64,000 nt of DNA from Lophium mytilinum (taxonomy: Eukaryota), in contig MU004199.1 of assembly GCA_010093605.1 (NCBI GenBank), positions 1,178,001 through 1,242,000 on the forward strand. Reading direction: 5' to 3'. The notes under the pieces were generated by a model. The model saw only the letters and a list, made by a program, of their open reading frames with translations, had not been told where the DNA came from and ran no database searches. A program made the position numbers and the translations under genes. Below are positions 61,284 through 64,000 of the stretch, piece after piece. The stretch's first letter is position 1. Each line of letters opens with the position of its first letter.

Positions 61284-64000
61284 GACGACGTGTTTGTTTC
61301 GGTTGCTATCGATTGGTGCCGTAGAGGGGAGCGGAGTCGGGCAGCACGACGAGAAGGCGTCGAATGGTGCGGGAGCGCGCTGGGGCGGCACGGCAAGGCA
61401 ACACTGCCGAACTTGGCAGCCTGCAAGGCTGGGGGCAGACCGGGTGGGGAGGGTCCAATGAAGAGAAGAGCAACTCACTGTGCTTCATGTGGTCGATGGG
61501 GCATGTAACGCATCCCACCTCCTGCGCTGATAGAGTGCAGCGACGACTGCTGGCCGTCGCGCCTCAACGTGTCCGGGACGGCAAAGCTGTGGTGTGCATG
61601 GGAGCTGATGTGCTCGATGCTGCTGCACTCCTGCTCCGATGAGAGGGGGTAGTCGGAGGCCAGAGACAGCGGCTGGATGACTGCGGGCCAGTTAGCCAAT
61701 CACCCGGGCACGCCGTTTTCGCACTCGCAAAGTGTGCAACACGGTGGGACAACAACGGACAACGTGCGTGAGAAGAAGCGACCACGCAGACTGCACCCTA
61801 GGGTGGCACAATGGGGGTCGGGCGTCGGGACGGCGTGCAAGAGTGCACTACATGAGGTCGCAGCCGCGGCGGCCAGCGAGATATAGAAGAATCGCAGCCA
61901 GCGTGGAGGGGGGCAGTTGGCAGCAGACAGAGAGACAGGGAGAGCAAGTACAGAGAGGAGTTGAGTAGTGAAGGGGGGGCTGTTTGGCCCCGACCGTGCT
62001 GGGGGGCTTAAGGCTGACTTACCTTGATTCATCGCTGCAGACGCGCCGCTCGCTCGCTGCTCTTCACTCGCTCCTGTTGGCCGTCTAGCCGCTCGATCTC
62101 GTCTGCGTCGGCGGTAAGCACTTCTTGCCGCTGTCGTGAACAGGCCAGACTGGGGCCGATGGGCGCTTCAGCAGCAGAGCCTCAGACGGGCCGTCGCGTA
62201 GACTCGATCGTCGCCGTCGAACCTCTCGATCTCTCTCGAACCGCCTCGATCCTCTCCAAGCGCTGCCTCCTGCGTAGCCGCTCGCGGCCCGGCTGCGCTG
62301 CTCGGGCGGCTCGGTTTCCGGTCCCTCACTGCTCGTTCGGGCGTAGACGCGGCCTGAGAGGGCAGGTCGCCTGGACTCGCTTCAAGGGAATCTGGGGGTT
62401 TAGCCGGTCCGGGGTGCGATCCTCAATTAGCTGCGGCAGCTACCTGGGTAGCTGGTGGCTGGCTGGGATGGAGATGTCTGTCGTGGTCGCTGGAGGCAGG
62501 TCGCAATGCCGAACCACTTTATCCACAGATTGAGATGGCGAAGCGGTATCCGCACAACACAAGCAGGACAGCTGGAGCAAAGGCTCGAGATGCACGCGCA
62601 CTCGCTTGTCACGCGGCGGGTCGTCGAAGTCAACGGCCCGGATGATGTGCGGGATGCTTGCTGGCGGAATGCTGTGCCTTAAAACGGTCGGAACGCTCAG
62701 ACTGCTCTGCGCAGATCAAGCGATGACGCACAGACAGAAGGGATCTGACGACGGTCCTGGCTGCTGGGCAATGCTGCGATTTCGGCGGAGTCTGGCCGGG
62801 TCAGTCAGTCACTTCCCCAGCGCGTATGCCAGCTCGACTCGAAACGTACCAGGTTCTCCTGTGGCGGCCAAAATTGCGTGGCGTCCAAAGCTCGCCGTGT
62901 GGCTTTTCGTCTTCGATCTGACTTGTCTGCCTCGAAGGTGGGCCGGTTAGCGATCCGCGCGGAAGGCCGGATGCTGGGAGTCCTGTTGGGTGATCTGCTC
63001 GGCCTTCGTATTCGATTCGCCGCTGTCGTCGCGGGCGGTTGTTGGTCGAATGGTCGAGTGACGGAAGGGGAAATATGAGAATAATGGTGAGTCTGACGTC
63101 CCTGGCAGCGCGAAGGCAGCGGACATATAAGCACCAAAGCTTCTTCCAGATCGGCTTCTGGCAACGGCGCGGTCGCACAGACGGCTAGGACCCTGCGATC
63201 CCCGTGATCTCTAGTTTGGCCGTCCCTGGTAGTGGAGCAGGCGGACCAGACTTGGGATGCAACGCGGTTTAATGACAAAGGGGCAGTTTAGACAGAACTT
63301 GGGCCAGCGTGTGGAGACAGTGGTGGAAAAGGTGAGCGGAGAGAATGAGGTCAAAGAAAGCACCGGGCATTAACCTGATGAGCGGTAGAAGTACACGGCT
63401 TGGGATCTGCTGGGACTTGGGGGAGTGACTGGGGATGGATCGACGGCGGATACAGGGCACGACTAGCTGGCAGTTGTGCCGGGTGGTATCCTTGGATGGC
63501 TGAAAGGAGAAATATCTACCTAGGTCGCTTTAAGCACCAGTTGTTGATGGCTCAGATTCAGCCCCGTTGAGCATCCATCGTATTGCCCAGGCTCAGACCA
63601 CGGCGATTCTAGCACAGGGTAGCATTGGCAAGCTGCAGCACACCACTTCCCAATGCGGTCTATCTATATCTCCGAAGGCAGGGAGGAATGATTTGCCCCA
63701 GGGCCCAAGCACCCATCCTTTCTCGAAGCGTCTCCCGCCCACGCCGGGCTGCATTCCTTGCGCCGGAGAGCTGGCGGCTGCGGCGCGCTGGGGCAGGATG
63801 GGGCAGGATGGGGGCAGCCATTGGCTAGTGAATGGACGCAGGAACATGGAGCGCGCAACACGGCTCGAATGCTTAGGGCCTCGAGACGGCAGCTCACGTC
63901 CGCCAGCCTGGGAATGCGATGTTTCATTTCGGCCGCCTCTAAGAATAACGTGCAGCAGCGAACGCCGGATGATCAAAGTTTGCTCTGCAGCAACCCCAGG

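Noticed and set aside
1..64000. Starship, autonomous transposon, or PKS/NRPS cluster
   Set aside because: No tyrosine recombinase, transposase, reverse transcriptase or backbone synthase ORF is recognisable in the window.

Overview
Intron-containing DNA from a filamentous ascomycete (Pezizomycotina-type gene structures; the species cannot be determined from this window). Core genes recognised: creA/cre1, a caleosin, a Rad55-like recombinase paralog, a MOSC protein, SEH1, ALG7, LEU1, CDC73, a GPI-type secreted protein with a Myxococcus-type Cys-rich repeat, an intron-containing tRNA-Phe(GAA), an F-box protein, an ECM11-domain protein, a P450 pseudogene beside a 2OG-Fe(II) dioxygenase / Zn2Cys6 factor pair, SRP102 and an Ndt80-family factor. 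The most unusual material lies in accessory pockets at about 0.3-5 kb, 15.6-16.1 kb and 21.7-26 kb. Two paralogous orphan genes 20 kb apart share an atypical CxxC...HxxxH domain and a conserved ~100-bp promoter. One of them sits inside long degenerate inverted repeats built from 160-bp units, with no transposase. Beside it are a ~107-bp-period tandem array and a tRNA-like/hairpin tandem repeat with poly(A); a second ~107-bp array lies at 15.6 kb. Also seen: two related foldback MITEs in and after the Zn2Cys6 gene, and a highly structured intron in SRP102. All calls come from manual reading, without database searches, and exon boundaries are predictions.
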